Of a stretch of DNA of 64,000 nucleotides, positions 60,014-64,000 are shown in pieces. A model generated the notes under the pieces. It was not told the origin of the DNA and searched no databases. It saw only the letters and a list, made by a program, of their open reading frames with translations. The DNA lies in contig CM120640.1 in NCBI GenBank assembly GCA_051362555.1, positions 41,580,788-41,644,787 of the forward strand, in the 5' to 3' direction. The translations under genes and the position numbers were made by a program. The stretch is from Lingula anatina (taxonomy: Eukaryota > Animalia > Brachiopoda). How positions within the stretch are numbered: the stretch's first letter is position 1; each line of letters begins with the position of its first letter.

Positions 60014-63000
60014 TTACATAACTTTGATGATGGGAAAGTTCCTATGAACAGAGAAGTCCCATCCTGGTGGATTCTGAAACAGATCAGAAAAAAAGGGTAG
60101 ATATAGGTATAAAGCAAATTAGACGTGTCCATCTCTATTAAATTGAGATGGAGAGGAAGGCTGCTTGGCAGCAAACAGTGGAGAAAAACTTGGATTAAGA
60201 CAATGTCATAACTCCTGGAATTCTGCCTAGCAGAATCAGTAGCACTGAAATCTCCATTACTTATTCACTTGAAACCAAGTGGTATGAAATCTGACCTGTT
60301 AAGTTGACACAAGGTTAATTTTACTTTTTAAAAAATTTACAAGCAGCTTTTCAAAGTGAATGGAAAGTAAATAAAAATTCATTAATAAATATTTTATACT
60401 GGTAAAATAAGAATAAAAGATTGTACTTAATCTGAAAATTTATAGAAAACAGCATGTGGAATATTATGATAATTGGAATTTAAATAAAAATGATTTATAT
60501 GTTGAGCATATTACCTTTGATTCCTTTTTATGCCCTCCTGCTAACAAATTCATTACTACCATGTTGGTTTTTGATACTTTTATCAAATTGTTTATCTAAA
60601 AGAAATATGAAGGTAAATTAGGATAATTAGAAAAATTTAAAGTCCCGGGCCTGACATCAGATCTAAAATTACAGTATGGTGGAAGTTTCGACTTATCAAA
60701 TGCTTTAAATACATGTGTCACAGTACAAGTTTAAAGACATTTACAAATTTTAAACTATTTATAGAAAAAAACACCAAACTTTAGATGTTATAGTTTTGTC
60801 TACTGAAACATTTGTCATTTCAAATGTTTTTAATTTATTATGTTATATTAAAAGTTTTAAGACATCCACAAAGAAGTGTTTCTCACCTCTTCTGTAGGGT
60901 TACTGACAGACTCATAACAAATTCTTGCTTGCTGGAAGTTCTTACAAGCAGCTGTGTACATTTCTTGTGCAGAAGGGTCGTGATCAAAACGACGTAAATC
61001 TGTCATATCCTGGATTGAAAGATTTAACAAGATTTGTCTTTACCCTTAACTAAACATTCAAATATATAGCACAAAATAAACCAGAGATAACTGGCTACAA
61101 AAATCAACAAACCAACAAAAGTTGCCTGCAACAAGGAACTAACACATAAAATGTAGCAAAATGCATACAAATTCTTACCATTATAATACTAGATGTCTGA
61201 TTTCTACCAAAAAATTATGTGTCGACAACTACTGCTGCTCAAATACATAATTTCCTCCTGTCTGCTAAATATTGACCTGACTAAATATTACATCAAAACC
61301 TGAGGCCAGCATCTACATAATTTTTAAAGAAAAGATGCACTTTGTAACTCACTTTGAACTGTGTGTAATGCACTGGAGGTGGGGTGCCCACCACCCCAAA
61401 AGGTGCAAATCTGTGGTTATATCTGACCTCCTCACTGTCAAACTCCACCTCTGGCTGCTTTAGTTTACCATCTATGTTGAACCCAACTAGTGCCTGTAAG
61501 ATGGACAAAAGATGTAAGTGATGGATAGAAAATGTTAACATTGGTGACTTCAACTCTTTTTGTTAAGGAATGTATGCCAACATATTCTTTTCACAATTTT
61601 TTCTAGGTTTCTTGAGGATTGAAATGCAAATGTTTAAACAAATTGTACTTCAATAACAAAATATCCAGTTATAAAAAAGAGAAATGAACCCTATTTGAAT
61701 GGGGTTCTTTAAGAAATGATTAATGTAAAGTATATCATTATATTAAACTATACACAACTGCCTTAAACAGTTACTTAACTTATTGCTACTCTCATTCTTT
61801 ACCTTATAAAAGCCTCCACACAAAGCCTGTGTACCCTGAATGATTGCTACTTCTCTAGCATATTGCCTTCCTTTTTTCTTCTTCTTGTTCTTTTTAGCAT
61901 TTCTGCCTTTTTGTTGTTCTGAAAGTAATTATAGCAATTTGTTTGATAACAAAAGAATAAAAATCGTAGTATTAACTTAGGCAAATAGATTAAACTGAAT
62001 GAGAACTTAAAAAAAATCCTCTGTTAAAGTTTCCACATTAAGATAAAGCAACCCTGAAAGGTAATTTAATTCCAATCAAGCAGTCAAAGAGGAAGACTGT
62101 AATTCAGTGAAATTATGAAACATAAATTGTGTAAACATCACTTCAACCACCTAAACTGTACACTAGTTTAGAGGACAATTAGCTTTATCCACTATTTCTT
62201 ATCATTATCACCTGCAATAGCATCTTGTTCCATTAGAAAAGTATCTGCTCTGTTAAGTGATGACACAAGCCAGTTGTAGAGAACTTCATAAAGATACCTG
62301 CAATCAGATTATTTTTGTTTTATTTTAGGCCACTGTTTGTTCGGCACCTGGTTAGATTTCTTTTTCTTTTTTTTTTTTTCATAAACTGTCTAGTGAGTCT
62401 GTCAACAAGGTTGCTATACTTGAACCTATCAGTCAATTTGTCTGAAACACAGTAAAGATATCTGCTTCAATTCCACAATATATCGAAGAAAAATCAAATC
62501 AATCAAGAAATCAGACTAACTCTAGGCTAATTGATACACTAACATCAACCAAAGAAGACAACACATTTTAAGAATAACAAACCAGAATATATAGTGGTAC
62601 TCATGTGGAGCATATAGTTCCAATTCAAAGCCAGACTGGATATAGTAGATCATAACATGAAGGGTGTGGTAGAGCACCCAGGTACCAAAACATGCCAAAT
62701 GCTGCCTATTGGGATCCACTTTAATGAGAGCACCATGGAGAGCAGAGTCCACACGGTCTGCCTGAAATAACATGAAAGTGAATGGCTTTAAAGTTAAATT
62801 TATTTCTGAGGCCTTAACCAATAGCATCATAATCACTACCATCCATATCCCCAGTACTAATGAAATCCATAGCACAATCACCACAAAAATCAAATCACCG
62901 TTTATTTCAACACCAGCAGTTCTATAAAAAACATTTGTTTGTCTTTTTAAAAAATTGTCTAAGAATTTTGCTACTTGTACCTTTGACAAAAGTAACTTAC

Positions 63001-63877
63001 CTCTTCTTGTAGTGTTGCCAATTCCTCCAGCAGATGTCCCCACTTGTCTCTCTGTCTGGCCCTGTTGTGGCCTGTTATTTGAATAACATTGCACAATGGA
63101 CGCACTGCATGTGTCAGTAAAGCATCTATATGTTCTTTGGCTTGTGGATTATTCAATATTGGGCTCCTAATTTAAGTAAATGCAATAGCTAAATACAACT
63201 GATCTTAATGAATGTGTGTAAATGGACATTTCATCTACTAACTTTGCCTAAAACCTCTGTATCTCTTGGTCAACATATTTTAATATGTTAAAATGCTGTT
63301 AGTTTAAACTTGAAAATGACCTCTTCAGTTCAAATTCATAGTCTTCAAAAAGCAAACCAAATTTGTTTACTTAAAGGGAATGTGAAAAGGGAATGAAAAA
63401 CTTAGATCACTGAGAGACTTACAAATAATGTAAATTTAATACTTACTTCAGCATGAGAGCTGGGGGAGCTATAAAATTCCTGATCTGTTCCCTGAGAACA
63501 TCCTGCATAAGCTGGGTACCAAACACTCTCCTGCTCTGATTCAGGTATGCCAGCTTAACAAGAAAGGATAAATATATTTTACCTACAGTGTACCTGTGTC
63601 TGCACATGATGTGTAAGATACGTAAGAAGCAATCATTTCTTACTCAGTTCTTTGTAGGATAACGCTAAGATAAAATTTGTAAGATCAACATGCTTTATAT
63701 ATATTTATAAATTTCTGACATTTTTCACAAATTAACCAAACCTGATACATATATACTAAGTAATACTCTTCATTAGGAAACTGACTTGAGTTAGTCAACA
63801 ATAATACGACTTACCTGTACTAAAGACCTGGACAGCACACTGGGAGATTTCCTGCTAAATTCCAAGAAAAAATCCTG
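60014..63877 (-). CDS. NAA35: N-alpha-acetyltransferase 35 (NatC auxiliary subunit MAK10), 3' portion; the 5' part lies beyond the window
   Basis: Exons encode [104 protein letters not shown] and a final [19 protein letters not shown] (TAA at 60014-60016). Confidence 0.95.
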
Positions 63878-64000
63878 GATAAAAGAGAATGAATGTAAAA
63901 GAAAACATGAAATAAAATGCCTATATCATACGCCCCATTTAATACATTCATAACCAATATAAATAAGGTATTATTAAAATATAATCATTATCAATATCAA

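Noticed and set aside
62522-63094. 190-aa ORF as a separate gene
   Set aside because: It is a chance read-through joining an out-of-frame NAA35 exon, an intron and an in-frame NAA35 exon.

Overview
AT-rich, intron-containing animal genomic DNA; the repeat families and gene structures suggest a lophotrochozoan, probably a mollusc (inference). Seven spliced genes can be followed exon by exon: ATP6V0E (-), PYROXD2 (+), METTL27-like (-), BBIP1 (+), NELFA (+), a TRPM channel with no C-terminal enzyme domain (-) and a small C10orf143-like gene (+). The 3' half of an eighth gene, NAA35 (-), is also present. Non-autonomous DNA elements are common: a Harbinger-like TIR element inserted into a PYROXD2 splice donor and carrying a doubly truncated, nearly intact non-LTR reverse transcriptase fragment, two Helentron/HINE elements, an Academ-like foldback element, an element with an 8-bp TSD, and Kolobok- and hAT-like MITEs. 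The most notable observations are a pair of homologous, phase-enforced mutually exclusive exons encoding the TRPM rib-helix region and the RT-carrying TIR element. No prokaryotic-type systems, CRISPR arrays, rRNA or tRNA genes were recognised. All exon calls were made by eye from GT-AG sites and reading-frame continuity, with no database search.
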